DNA of 63,742 nt, filler included, from Phoronis australis (GCA_002633005.1; 5 parts of 5 records of this genome joined end to end with filler, not necessarily neighbours in it), one strand, 5' to 3'. Counted from the whole stretch's first letter, positions 40,001 to 52,618 are shown. Made by a program: numbers and translations. The notes: generated by a model from the sequence alone, not told the origin.

Positions 40001-43000
40001 NNNNNNNNNNNNNNNNNNNNNNNNNNNNNNNNNNNNNNNNNNNNNNNNNNNNNNNNNNNNNNNNNNNNNNNNNNNNNNNNNNNNNNNNNNNNNNNNNNNN
40101 NNNNNNNNNNNNNNNNNNNNNNNNNNNNNNNNNNNNNNNNNNNNNNNNNNNNNNNNNNNNNNNNNNNNNNNNNNNNNNNNNNNNNNNNNNNNNNNNNNNN
40201 NNNNNNNNNNNNNNNNNNNNNNNNNNNNNNNNNNNNNNNNNNNNNNNNNNNNNNNNNNNNNNNNNNNNNNNNNNNNNNNNNNNNNNNNNNNNNNNNNNNN
40301 NNNNNNNNNNNNNNNNNNNNNNNNTTGTTCGATGCTAGTTTCATGGAGTTCCATGCACATTTGAGTAGAAAATTCTGAGCAAACAGATTTCGAGTGTCCA
40401 ACCTTTATGTTTTCTTATATATTATGAGTGACGTCATTTGCGATAAACCCAAGCGCCTGTGATTAAAACCAAAGACGTCCGCCATATTGTCAAGGACAGT
40501 GGCGACACCTAACGGGTGTGTGTACTACGGCAAAGTGTGCGAGGTAGATTTTATTTTGTCAAATTCAAAATTGTGAAGTGTCTTTGTTTAAAATATTGAT
40601 GATAAAAAATATGAACGGTGTATTGGAAAAATGCACACATATGCAAAATATAGTGTAAATCAAGAAACAAATTCGGGCAGCAAAGCTAATATTAATTACT
40701 GGAAATACATCCTAAGTAAGAGAGTGACTCGGTAATCAGTGGTGACCTGGTGAAAGTAGGTGGTTGCAGGGTGGGCGGATACAGAACCAGCAGGATTGTC
40801 TCCAGCCACTTTTCAGCCATTTCTGACGTTTTGATTTCGGCCCTACAATGTAAGTGCGACATGGAGACCGCGGTAACGCAGACGTTAAAATTTTCTCATT
40901 CATTTTGCAGATTCTGTTTATTTGGTCAGTTAGTAGTAAATTCTGTTTATTTTGTCTATTAGCTACAAAAAGGAGTCTGGGATTTTTAAGGCCTTTGATC
41001 CCGAGAATTCGGCTGTCAAAAGTCAAGACCTCCGAATGAAGCACTAGCATGTTGCTCAAAACACTGAGCAAAGCATAATGGTAATAGTCACATACAGGGG
41101 ACCCCCACTTTGAGAAACAGTGTTTTCTACTGCAAAACAAGAACCAGTTTTTCACTGAATAGCAGGCGTTAAAACATGTTCTCAAAATGCGGATTGCCAG
41201 TGAGTGACTATTGCCTGGATAACAATCCAACCCACCTAACACACAAGAAAACGTCGATTTGGGTTAAGTGACCCAACCTAAAATCTTTGAAGTACCCTGA
41301 CCTCCAAATTTTGAAATGTGAGATGTTTTTGCAACTAGTCATTTCAACGAACCAGGTTTTTAAAGTTCGCTTGCTTACGAAGTCTAACTCCAGGATGCTT
41401 TGATTACAGCGAACCATAGTAGTTTCTGAGTCTTTTAGAATGGTTCTGGTTTTGCAATTAGACTGAAGTTAATAGATTGTTGCAAACTGCAACACTTGCT
41501 ATCATGTGAACGTGGAAAGCAAAAAATGAAACAATCGACGAGTCGGGGTCCAGGAGAGAGAGGACACTTGCATAGATTGCACATGACCAAATGTGCCCCT
41601 CTGACCAGTGACTCAGGCATTGCAAAAGTCACCATGAAAGGGCGAATTTCCAAATAAATTCCACACAAAAATATTTACTTTTAGGTTTGAACTGTATAAA
41701 ATGATCCATTTTTGCACCAAACCACTGAATGTAACTATATACAACTGAGGCTTCTTGTGTTAAAAAGAATACAGTCCAGCTTTTTGCTGAAATTTAATTC
41801 CCTGTAAATAATAACTTAGCATAATTATGTTACCAGAAAAGTTGACTATTCCATTGAGGCTCTAACCAAAATGGGTCAGTTTTAATGACTGTGCCAACTC
41901 GAAAGAGGTTTTATCTTGTTGATTATACTAAAGAGTGGGTATAATCCTAATTTTACAGCAACAAACACCATCCGAAATAATTGAACACTCCGTACGACTG
42001 TACGATGGCAGTCATTGCTGAATGGCACCGCCAAAAGCGATAATGTCAGTCATTATAGAACTATTGCTGGACTACTTAATGTTTGTGTGTTTAGGACCAT
42101 TGCCTGCATTTTTATGCTTCTAACTTCTATTAGTAGTGACAAGTGTGCCAGTCTACTATGCAATGACAATGAATAATAGCAGAATTTCAGCATAATTATC
42201 CTTATCTGACCCACTAGTTCAACCTTCATGGTATTCACGGGAGCTTATATAACGTACATGAACATGTTAACATACAAGAGGGTGTGCTCTGAAAAGATTG
42301 AGACAATCTCCCATGGCCGCGACGCACTCAGCTACTCCTTTCCCACTATTCGGTGCTATAGTACGCCTAAATTTACTGTTGAGTGTTGTTGTGGGTGGCC
42401 TAATTTCTTCCACAAATTATTTCGTAAAAAGTCACATCACTTCAGAATCCAGCATAGTATACAAGACAATTATCATAAAATGTTTCGTATACGTTACTGG
42501 TGATGTATTCCTTGACTCGTTAGCTTTGAAATGCGGGAGTTTGATGAAAACAGAGAAATTTAAACGGCTGTAAATCTGTTGTAATAGTCAACCTCATTCG
42601 TCCTTGTCCTTGTCCTTGTCCTGTGCTGTCCTGTGATTGGTCTATGTGATAGTTTCCCGCATGGTACCATCATAAAAACATCGGCAAACCCGGGAACTTG
42701 GCCTGTCAAATCTGGACCTTGGTGAAAGCTGGTTGTGTAGGCTTTCAGCCGTACAGATTGGCCGTACATCTTGTAAGTACTCTCCGTGAGGCATAACTAG
42801 TGAACCTGTGCAGTAATACAACAAATCCATCGACATTCTTTTACTGGAAGTCGCCATAGTTTGACCTATTATACAACTGACCAATAGAATGCCTTGTTTC
42901 TTGAAATCGGAACAGCCAATGATATTCCAAGAATGCGGATGGAAAAGTGCCCTGTAGCAGACCCCAACCGATCTCGTGGGTCTTTGTAGACTACGGAAGA

Positions 43001-43275
43001 GCAAGCCGTTTTCAGTTATCTCCCCTAGCTGTTTTATTTCCTGATAAGTTTCGATGAAGGCTCTGGGGGCTCTTTTAGTGTCATAAAAATTCTATCCGAC
43101 AAATTTCACATACATGATATCAGGAAGGCATATGTGTAATATTGTTTGTACTGAAACTCAAGTTTCGATTTCCAATCGTTTTAGCCTTGAAACGGGGAAG
43201 CGAAGATATGGCGGGCAGTATAGCGACACGAGAAGGTACGTTTCCATTTCTTTAGATATTCCCACATTACCCCGG

Positions 43276-43484
43276 ACTTGACGAGGGAGAGGTCGGTAGT
43301 TGAATAGTATAGAAGTGATGGTGTTATACATACCCGTACCTTGCACTTGACGAGGGAGAGGTCGGTAGTTGAATAGTATAGAAGTGATGGTGTTATACAT
43401 ACCCGTACCTTGCATTTGGCGAGGGAGAGGTCGGTAGTTGAATAGTATAGAAGTGATGGTGTTATACATACCCGTACCTTGCAT
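43276..43484. repeat. Minisatellite, 69 bp x3
   Basis: Unit ACTTGACGAGGGAGAGGTCGGTAGTTG...CCGTACCTTGC. Confidence 0.95.
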
Positions 43485-45524
43485 GTGACTGGGGAGGTGC
43501 TTAGCTGAATTAAGCTGATCAAACGTAGACTGCAGGAGTTAATTAACGCAATCGTCGATGTAAACTACTATACCGGTCACACGAAAAAGTCGCCTTACTC
43601 CACGCGACGTTAGGCCAAAACGATTCATCACTGGAAATGAACAAAAAAAAAACAAAAAAAACATCTGTTTTTTGTGGATGTGGCCAGTGGCAGTGTTCAA
43701 TTTAGTTTGTTAGGCTGGGCTTCGTGGCGGTTGTTTTAACTGCAAGACTCTTCTTGAAGCTAAATAAACATGTACGTTAAATGTGTGCTGACGAAATTGG
43801 CTGTTGGATAACACAGGACCGAAAACTTAGTTTGTTGAACTCGCCACTTCTGAGTTACAATACAGGATGCCGTGACAAAAAACTAAGGAAACTGAAATGA
43901 AAACGTCAAACTAATTGTGTTTATAATGAAGCAGCTAGCTAATTGTCCTCAGAGATGCACAGCGACTTCAGTTGAACAAATGTATATGCCATAGGTAGAC
44001 AGCAATAGACAACTGAATAGCTTACTGGCTGCAAAATACCAATACTTTCCTCAAAATATCACGCATCCAAAGTTATTTAAGGTTATGCCAAATCCTACGA
44101 AATTGACCAAATGAGACTAACTTCGGAGCATCGCATTTCGAACGTGGCTGATAGGATTCATTTGAAGCTTTAATTCAGATACGCTTTGTACCCTGTTCTC
44201 CAAAACATCGTTAGGATTTGTTTTTAAAACGGTCCACTTTTGTATGAGGAACTAACAAAAATAGTACTTTTCGTGTTTTAATGAAAAGAATTAAAACGTG
44301 CATGTAGTTATAAAGTCTCCGCAACGACTTCGCACTTCCCTCGCATTCACGACTTGTGACTGGTAAAGTTGGAATATAATCGGGCGTAGTCTTGGGACTC
44401 GACTTTTGTCTTCTTAAGTATATCTCAAACCTTCTTTACTGACCTCCATTCTAATTCGTATATCAAAAAACTAAGCTTTGTCAACTGGTAAAAGTACATA
44501 TTTTTGAAACCAAAAAGATAAGGGAATATAAATATGTTTTATATTTATGTACTGCTAATAGTATTACATTGACACATTTTTAAGTCAAAATTTCATTTTT
44601 AATAAAGGTACATTCATAGCAAAATAACCTCTTGGTCGATTTTGTTGAAACCTTTTTTAAATGGAAATTTCAGCATTTACCTCAAAAACGGTGTTAGGTA
44701 TTTTCGACTAGTTTTTTCGTTTGATTTCTGTGACAAATCAACTCTCAAAACATAAGGAATTTTTGTATAAAATAGAAGCCTTTGTTACGTTACACAAAAA
44801 CTAGGCCTTTACACCAGAAATCCTAACACCGTTTTTGAGATTGATAAATAAATATTACGTTTGGAAAGTTTCAGCGAAGTCCACCGGGATGTTTTCGAGA
44901 ACTTGTGTTGAATTTTTTCACCAATTCAAGCACATTCCAGAATTTTCTGGAATCTACCACTGCAAGCATATACTAGAATGGTGTAGAACGCTCCAAACTA
45001 CATTAATCAATAACATACTAGAATCTTCTAGAATATTCCCTTCTTTTCTATTGTAAACAAATTACATCTTCACTGTTCTGACCTCATCGGTCATGTCAAT
45101 CAAGTGCTATCTGCCAGTACACAAACAGAACAACAAAATAAAACTTAACACTAGTGGCAGTCTACTGACAGCATTGAAACCTGGGAAATTTTAAATATGA
45201 CTGGAAACTAATAACATTATCCCTGTAAAGCCTTTTGCAAAAAGATATCATATCCCCGCTTGCTGTCATTTCCTGCCAAAGTTGGAATCACTTGATCACG
45301 TTCAACATATCATATTTGAGCTCGGGAAGTTTGGTTTCCTCCCTGCACTCGGTATTTTAGCAGCCAGACGAAGTCACAGAAACTGAGAATGCACGTTTGA
45401 AGCTGCGCACAAATGAAATTTGTTGCATGTTACGACTCGGGGAACAGACCACGTTGATAAAACAGTTCCGTATTTATCGTAAATGTTGTCTCAAGTCTTT
45501 CACTAAATTGCTAAACCGAAGATT

Positions 45525-45534
45525 ATGACCAGAT
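45525..45534 (+). CDS. Putative first coding exon portion of the TIR gene (MTR)
   Basis: ATG ACC AGA T followed by a consensus GTAAGT donor; in-frame TAA seven codons upstream; phase 1 matches the next exon. Confidence 0.4.
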
Positions 45535-48500
45535 GTAAGTTTTGGCGTAACACTCTGTTTAGACGCCATGTGAAAGCATCAAGTTACGACTGTTACTGAA
45601 AGGGGCCCCTTGGTCGTAAATCGTGGTCTTTCGCACAGCCATGAGTCCTGAAAAAGCGGGACCCTGGCCTGTAATTACTCCTTACTCAGGTGAGAAATGG
45701 TTTCTGGGCTTGGAGACACGCATCATGTGTGGTCCCTAGCCGTGATCTTCCGACTTAATTGTCACCAATACGGTCTCATGCAATAGAAAGTCTGAGACCA
45801 ATTTCGTAATAGAGGGCGTGATCTAAATCAATGCTATTTTTTCCAACCCCTGCCATATTCACTAATAATATGGTTTCTGGGTAAATAAATGTATTAAGCA
45901 GGGGCGGATCCAGAATTTTTAGTTAGGGGGGCAGGACAGAGTATTAGCTAGGATTTTGCCCGTCAGACATTCTTACCCTCGAACCGCCAAATGTAATCTG
46001 GGAGAATTTTAGGGTGGGGGGAACATGGCCCCCTTGGCTCCCCTCTAAATCCGCCACTGTTAAGTGTAAAGAAATTTTAATTAAAAACTTAAGTTTTTAT
46101 TGAGGCAATATTTAGAACAGATCAGTGACAAGGTGTATTGATGGGTATTTTCCTATAAAACTTGAATTAAGCTGTGCTATTGCTGACGATTGCGTTCAAA
46201 TTCGACGAAAAAACCAATAGGCTTGTACCACAAATCAAGAATGTAAATTTCTCATTCTTGTCGGATGAACATACAATTGGTCATCAAGAGACGCCATTTT
46301 AATAAAGAAGAAAACCTCATCGAATGAACATGTCATCAGTCAAAATAACAAGCCCAGCATTTATGGAACGTCACAAACGAAACCTGTTCAAACACGTGTT
46401 AGGTTTTGAACAAACATCATTAAATTTTTGAACGGACCAGTTAGTTTTGAAAGACCCAACACTGTCGCCAAGTACACTGTAGCGCGCTTTACAACCCATT
46501 GTTGCTCAGTGAATTCTATTTGTACCATGGGGTCATGCGTTGACATTAGTTAGACGTCACCGCGGCTAAACGAAACTCGATTTGAATGGCACGCCTTGTT
46601 AATTTGTGCTCGAATCATTCGACGGGATAAGTTCAGTTTCGAATACAACCATAATACGCTAACATTTGAGGGTTGCCCTAACGCCTGAGCGAGCGTAAGG
46701 CAGACTGTGACTAACCCGTCCTAATTCGATTCGCAAATTACGCCAAATGTGCCTGACTTTAGCCGCGTTTTTGAAGAACAGGCACTATTTACTTTTCAAT
46801 TTTAAAACTGTAACGATTGTCGTTTGTGTTACTTCTTGCTCGTTTTTGACTTTGAAACTGGTACGCTAAGCAATGATTTTTTGTTCATTCGGACAAGCTC
46901 ATGCATAGCAACTGGCTCAATTCAACCTGTAACGGCGCCTTCTAGCATATGAACTGCCGAGGAATTTGCTGGATACTCTGGGATGAACAGTGCACTGTTT
47001 CTTGTCCACTTGCGTGCAAATTCAAGAGTTGTCTAATTCATCTGTAACAATGAACTGACTGGCGAACTTAAATTTCTCAACTTTTTTGTCATGTGAGGCT
47101 TTTATCTCTGAAAGTATTACAGCCCCGGAGCACTATTTGACAACGCATTCCTCCACGTCTGGGAACCGTGTGGATTTTAGCTCAAGCGCGTTGGTTACGA
47201 CCACAATTATCTCTGTCTTCCAATACACATTCAGCCACGCTCACATTCAAGCCGCTAGCTCACAAAACATTATTTCAAATGAACAAAAATACCAGTTATG
47301 ACATGAAGAACTCTTGTGTTGTTAATTAAGACACTTATTAATTAACGACCAATTAACGATTTACTTAAACTTTTAAGTGCAACAAAAATTCCTTTTTCAA
47401 AAGATAGTTTAGCAACTCCAGACACCATATCCACATCTTAAGACGCGATTTTTCCTGGGGTTTGCAGATAAGACGGGGGTGTTTTAACCCCAGGGGTTAA
47501 GAGGACCCCGAAAATAAACTTGCATAAGAGAGGAAATGCGAAAATTTTGATCACTACGATGGATAATATTTCAAATGAACAAAAATACCAGTTCTGTTCC
47601 TGGTCGCCACCGAATTCGCCTCGTCCGGCGGTCGTCGCCAAATGAATTTCATCTCGGCCTCTCTCTCGCAACCCCCCGCCTATCGCTAACGAGTTCACCG
47701 TCCCCTGCCTGGACATAGTGGAACATTGAGATTGACCACCCTGGCCAAAGACTGTGAGATTACAATAGCTAGTGTGACGGGACGTTCGTAACTTTACGCT
47801 TATTGTTACTTTTATTTAGTTGCAAATGTTCAGTTATTGTTATGCTAATGTCTTTGTTGCGTCTCAGGTGCGCCTTTGTTACGTGGGCATGTGGGCGCGA
47901 CTATATGTGTCGGGCACTTCGCTAGCGACAGGCTTAGCAGAAGGGTGTTTCCTTCCTTTGCGTTCATGAAAATTGATCGTTATCATGTGCAATTGAACTG
48001 AAACGTATGCCTGATGAGAGGAAATACATATTTTTGATGTTCAGTGGAGACTTGCTCCGTTACACTAGGTTCGAAGTTTATTGTTGGAACATATTGGCCT
48101 CTGGGTTTCCCGGCAGTTAATGCGGGTGCGACGGATTGGTCTACGTCAAGACTCACTTGGATTCTCTTCGACTTAGTTAAAAATTTCGCCACTAGGTGTC
48201 TTACGAAGTTCAGTTGTTTGTACTCTTTTTGAGATATAGAATAACTAAACAGCCCAGGATCGTTCATTAGTTGAATTATTGTCACGTTTAAGCAATTTTA
48301 TCTCAACTTTTTGAAAATACAATTTTTGTTACCACTAGTATTATATATAGACAGTAACGAGATGCTTCCAAACAAAAATTACAGTACCTCATCGAATCTT
48401 CACCTTCGAAGAATTGTTGTTTGAGAAAAAATGAATTAATTTGACAAACAAGGATCCAGTTCCTCCGAAAACGTATAGAACAGAACTCCTAAAAATGTGT

Positions 48501-51500
48501 ATCGTCCCACGCTACTAACAAAACTGGTGAAAGACAGTCTAAACCTCTACGGTTGGCTTCATAGCAAGGTTGCGAATAATTCACAAGCACATAACATAAA
48601 CAATTATTCTTTATTGTATTTTAGGAACACCATTTGACGCCTTTTTATGTTATGCTGAGGCAGACTTTAAATTTGTCCTGGAACTCATCGACTTCTTGGA
48701 AAAGCAACAGAACTGCAAACTATTCGTTCCTGACCGTGATCTTTATGCCGGAACATCAATGCACACAGTCACGGCTGACGTCATTGAAAAAGAGTAAGCA
48801 TTATAACACAGATACATCTATCCAGTCTATACAAAAAGTACGAGAATTTTTTATCTGGAGGTGAAAGAATTCTAAATTAAAAGGTATCAATCTGAAACAG
48901 GAAGTCGTATCATAGATTTAAATATCACACCACAGGTAGCTCAAGCTTCACGGATCACGGACTATCAAATATCAGGTCAACTGACAAGTTAAATTGATTC
49001 GGGAATCACGAAATACGACTGTTTAACCCCTGCCGGGTATTTTATTTTAATATCTGGAGAGAATGACGATAAACCTTGCTTTGTCTAAAAAACAACAACG
49101 CATTCATTTCACAAATTGTTAAAAGTGAAGTTGTGGGACCTTCGCAATAGTTGCGGCATTCCATCCGATCACCATTATCCATTCCGTGGATCGTCTACTA
49201 TTCTGCTTGTTTTCGACTAATTCGATAATCTGGTCCAGCCTATTCTATATAATCTAAGTTTTTAAAAACTGTCCATTACTTTTTTCCAAGTGTGTTATGT
49301 TTTCAGGTGCCTCCGAGTGATAGTGATTTTGTCACGATCTTTCTTGGAAAGTCAAGCTTGTGTTTTTCAAGTCAGCTTTGCCCATTGTTTGGCGCCAGGT
49401 AAGTTGTTTGGCAAACTTTTGGGGCGGCCTGGGGGTGAGGTGATTCTCACAACACCACTGGTTGAAGAGCAAGTAAAAGTCTTGCCAACATGTGAAGAAG
49501 GCTCAGTCAAGAAGTGCTCACCTATTTATTACGTTTATTTGTAGGTATAGTATAACCAGTTTTGGTGGAATCGAAAGTGTCAGAACGAGAATTTGTAGAA
49601 GTATGTCCGATGTTGTATTTTCGGAAAATGCCACATGCCTCTAGCGACCCCCAGGGATACGCCTGTGCGTCCCTTTGGAAACCAGGGTTCCACGAAATGG
49701 AACATAAAGTATCTACTATGCCATGACGAATCTCTGCCTAGTTGCAGTAGGAGAAAAATGACATATTGATTACAAACGCACGAGGCAACTCTTACGCTAA
49801 CACTTGGGGGTTTGTTACCTCCAACGTCTAAAGTGCCGTCCACACAAAGACTTACCGCAGAAAAAAGTTACTCCTTGAACGAGGTTTAGAGGCTTAGAGG
49901 CTGTGTGGGCGTTATTTAAACCAGTGCAACTTTACCGACTTCCGAGCGTAAGCCAGACACTGACTAACCCGTCTTGATCGAGTCACAAATTAAATCGCCT
50001 GGTTTAGCCCGCGTTGCTGAAGAAAACTTTTCTCCAATTTCTGTTATGATGCATCGATTTTAAAAAATCGAGGACGGCTAATATTTACTTTTCGATTTTA
50101 ACAAGAGTTTTGTTGGTCGTTTTCCTTACTTAATTTTAGTTTTTTGACTATGAAACCCATACGCTAAAAAGACATGTCGGTTTATGACCGCAGTTGTAAT
50201 GTTCAATACACATTCGTGCAACCCCATGAAAAGTGATTAGCTCATTTCAATCTATAACGGCGCCACCAAGCCTTTGACGTGCTGAGGAATTTGCATGGTA
50301 CTCACTCGTCCACTTACGTGCAAATTCTGTCGGCGGTTGCCGGATGCATCTGAAACAATGAACTTAATATATTCCGTAACGTTTCATCTACACAGCGTTA
50401 CAGCACCAGAGCGATGTTTGGCAATGCATTCCTCAACATTTTGGGACCCTGGATTTTGGCTTTTGCGAGATGAAAATGCCAGCTGAATTGTGGTTACATT
50501 ATTAAGCCCAGATCATGTTGTTCAACACGGCTATTTGATTGCGTGGTTGGTGTATGGTCTAGCAGAGGCACGGCCTGTCTCTTATTTGATTGCGTGGTTG
50601 GTGTATGGTCTAGCAGAGGCACGGCCTGTCTCTTCTTTGATTGCGTGGTTGGTGTATGGTCTAGCAGAGGCACGGCCTGTCTCTTCTTTGATTGCGTGGT
50701 TGGTGTATGGTCTAGCAGAGGCACGGCCTGTCTCTTCTTTGATTGCGTGGTTGGTGTATGGTCTAGCAGAGGCACGGCCTGTCTCTTCTTTGATTGCGTG
50801 GTTGGTGTATGGTCTAGCAGAGGCACGGCCTGTCTCTTCTTTGATTGCGTGGTTGGTGTATGGTCTAGCAGAGGCACGGCCTGTCTCTTCTTTGATTTTA
50901 AAGTGGTCCTGCGTTCTAAATATTGGTGGTAGGTATTCGTGTGACTGGTTGCATGATCGGTTGTATGATTGATCGCAAGTCAATCTTGCTACCCATGTAA
51001 GCGATTAATATTTTTTGTGCGACCACTGTCAATAACCGGCAACCAGTCGTGCGATTGGCCGTGATGGTAATCAGTGACTATCATGCGATTGGTTTTTCTA
51101 CCATAACAATACTCCAAGAATAGAAGTAGGCTAAACTTTTTTGATCCCAATTTCCAAGAAATTGATAAAAGGAACACAACCTATACATGTATGATATCAG
51201 TGGGAAATTTCGGTTACCTTCAAAAGGAATTAAGTATCGCCTGCCGTTGACTTAGAGGATTCTAATTCCGGACTTGTTAGCCAAGACGGTTAAAAGTGAA
51301 GTTTTTGACATTCTTCTTACTTGTTTTGAGTGATTGAAACCAATTTTTGTCAGTCATGGAAAGGTTCGAGATATCGTTTGTGTTTTGACTTACCTGATTC
51401 ATTGTTTTAATTTTGGATATTGCCCTCCTTCTCTGGTTTTTGTTTGACACTCCTTAGCAAAATAAATTTTGGAAAACCTTCCATACCACGGACATTTTTA

Positions 51501-52618
51501 ATTGTGGCTCCGAAAGTACGCCGCTGGTCCCATATTTAAAAAATATTTCGTTTGTAAACCAAAGGGTCAATATTTGGGGGTGTCTGTGGGAGAAAAGTCC
51601 CATTACAGAAATCTACTGTAAAATTCAAACTCCTTTTCAGCTAATCTTTACTATTGTAATCCACTAAAAGGGATTCTTCGTAGTCCACTGAACGTAACCC
51701 ATGTTCTAGTAATCACGAACCTGTACCACATAAGAGAATGCCAATTATCAAGGATTTCCACTGCACACACACACATGTATATATATGTTCCTTAGAAATT
51801 AGGAACTAAAACAGAATACACACTCACCGTTTAGGTAGTTATTATTTTGGGCCCATCAACAGAGTCGTTTGTTTGTCAGCTATCAAATGCTGAATATGTT
51901 TGCACAACAGACAGTTCGCGAAAAGGGCCAAAGCCATGCAGTCACCATATGTGCTAATAATGGTCAGGGTACCAGTGAAGGAGAGTTGCGTGGTCAACTT
52001 GCTCTTGGAGGAAATCCTCAGTTATTGCTTGTCATTCCGTTTCGATTCTTTTGTATTTCAGCGTCTGGTTCCAATCGCATTATTCCGGTGTTGATTGACA
52101 AAGAATTCAAGAAATCTGACATTCCTCAGGTGTTGAAGACTGTAACTCTATGCGACTTCACCAAGCCAGGTTTACATGCAACATGGTCCTGGGACAAACT
52201 GGTTCAGTCTGTGAAAATGCCCATGAATTTCACACGCAGCCATTTGTCACCAGAGGTCGCCAGAATGGAGTACCCGAAGTGGTGCCACAATTGTGCCACC
52301 CTGGTCAGACCTGACTTTCAGTGTGGTCCCTCAACAGCGGACAGTGGGTTGGTCTCCTTGGTTACATCAACTTCTTCTGAAGACGAACACGGAATTGACC
52401 CTGAAGAGGAAGCCAGTGGTTCCTCACCGACATGCTTTAAGTTTGAACGAGTTACATTAGGCCACTGTTCACCAATCAGTACTCCGAATAAAAATATGAA
52501 GTCTGATGTACATGCTTCCATCCTGACTAAGAAGGAAAAAAACGTATTAGCAACACTACAACGGGTCTTACCATTCAAGAAGAAGAAGCCGGTCATTGAG
52601 CGCACCTCTTTGAGATAA
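45525..52618 (+). CDS. MyD88-like TIR-domain protein; model join(45525-45534,45639-45689,48625-48793,49307-49398,52062-52618), 292 aa, no death domain seen
   Basis: Three exons join in frame into a complete MyD88-type TIR: FDAFLCY box 1, LFVPDRDLYAG box 2, CLRVIVILS, RIIPV, VTLCDFT, WSWDKL box 3. Two small phase-compatible upstream exons are less certain. Confidence 0.8.
45639..45689 (+). CDS. Putative second exon of the TIR gene (SMSPEKAGPWPVITPYS)
   Basis: TCTTTCGCACAG acceptor and CAG|GTGAGA donor; 51 bp, phase 1 to 1, in frame with 48625; contains an alternative start GCCATG at 45641. Confidence 0.55.
45899..46059. mobile_element. GC-rich MITE in a TIR-gene intron
   Basis: Ends CAGGGGCGGATC / AATCCGCCACTG; TSD TTAAG; homologous to 1845-2002. 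Confidence 0.82.
46690..47210 (+). repeat. Diverged dispersed repeat; second copy at about 49944-50500
   Basis: Collinear blocks: GAGCGTAAG.CAGAC...TGACTAACCCGTC, TATTTACTTT, TAACGGCGCC, GTCCACTT.CGTGCAAATTC, TTACAGC.CC.GAGC. Confidence 0.7.
48625..48793 (+). CDS. TIR exon 1 (TPFDAFLCYAEADFKFVLELIDFLEKQQNCKLFVPDRDLYAGTSMHTVTADVIEK)
   Basis: TTTTAG acceptor and GTAAGC donor; TIR boxes 1 and 2. Not listed in the ORF track. Confidence 0.92.
49307..49398 (+). CDS. TIR exon 2 (ECLRVIVILSRSFLESQACVFQVSFAHCLAP)
   Basis: 92 bp; TTTCAG acceptor and GTAAGT donor; resembles MyD88 [30 protein letters not shown] (recalled). Confidence 0.92.
50535..50897. repeat. Minisatellite, 51 bp x7, in a TIR-gene intron
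   Basis: Unit TTGATTGCGTGGTTGGTGTATGGTCTAGCAGAGGCACGGCCTGTCTCTTCT. Confidence 0.97.
52062..52618 (+). CDS. TIR gene last exon: end of TIR plus about 130-aa C-terminal extension
   Basis: TTTCAG acceptor; RIIPVLI...IPQVLKTVTLCDFTKP...WSWDKL, then a Ser/acidic region and a basic tail to TAA at 52616-52618. Confidence 0.9.

Noticed and set aside
39811-40401. ORFs of 174-190 aa
   Set aside because: They are almost entirely N-gap.
50490-50983. Four overlapping repetitive ORFs of 127-160 aa
   Set aside because: Produced by a 51-bp minisatellite (a multiple of 3) inside an intron.
51869-52061. N-terminal part of the 249-aa ORF
   Set aside because: Upstream of the acceptor at 52061 and without TIR similarity; intronic read-through.
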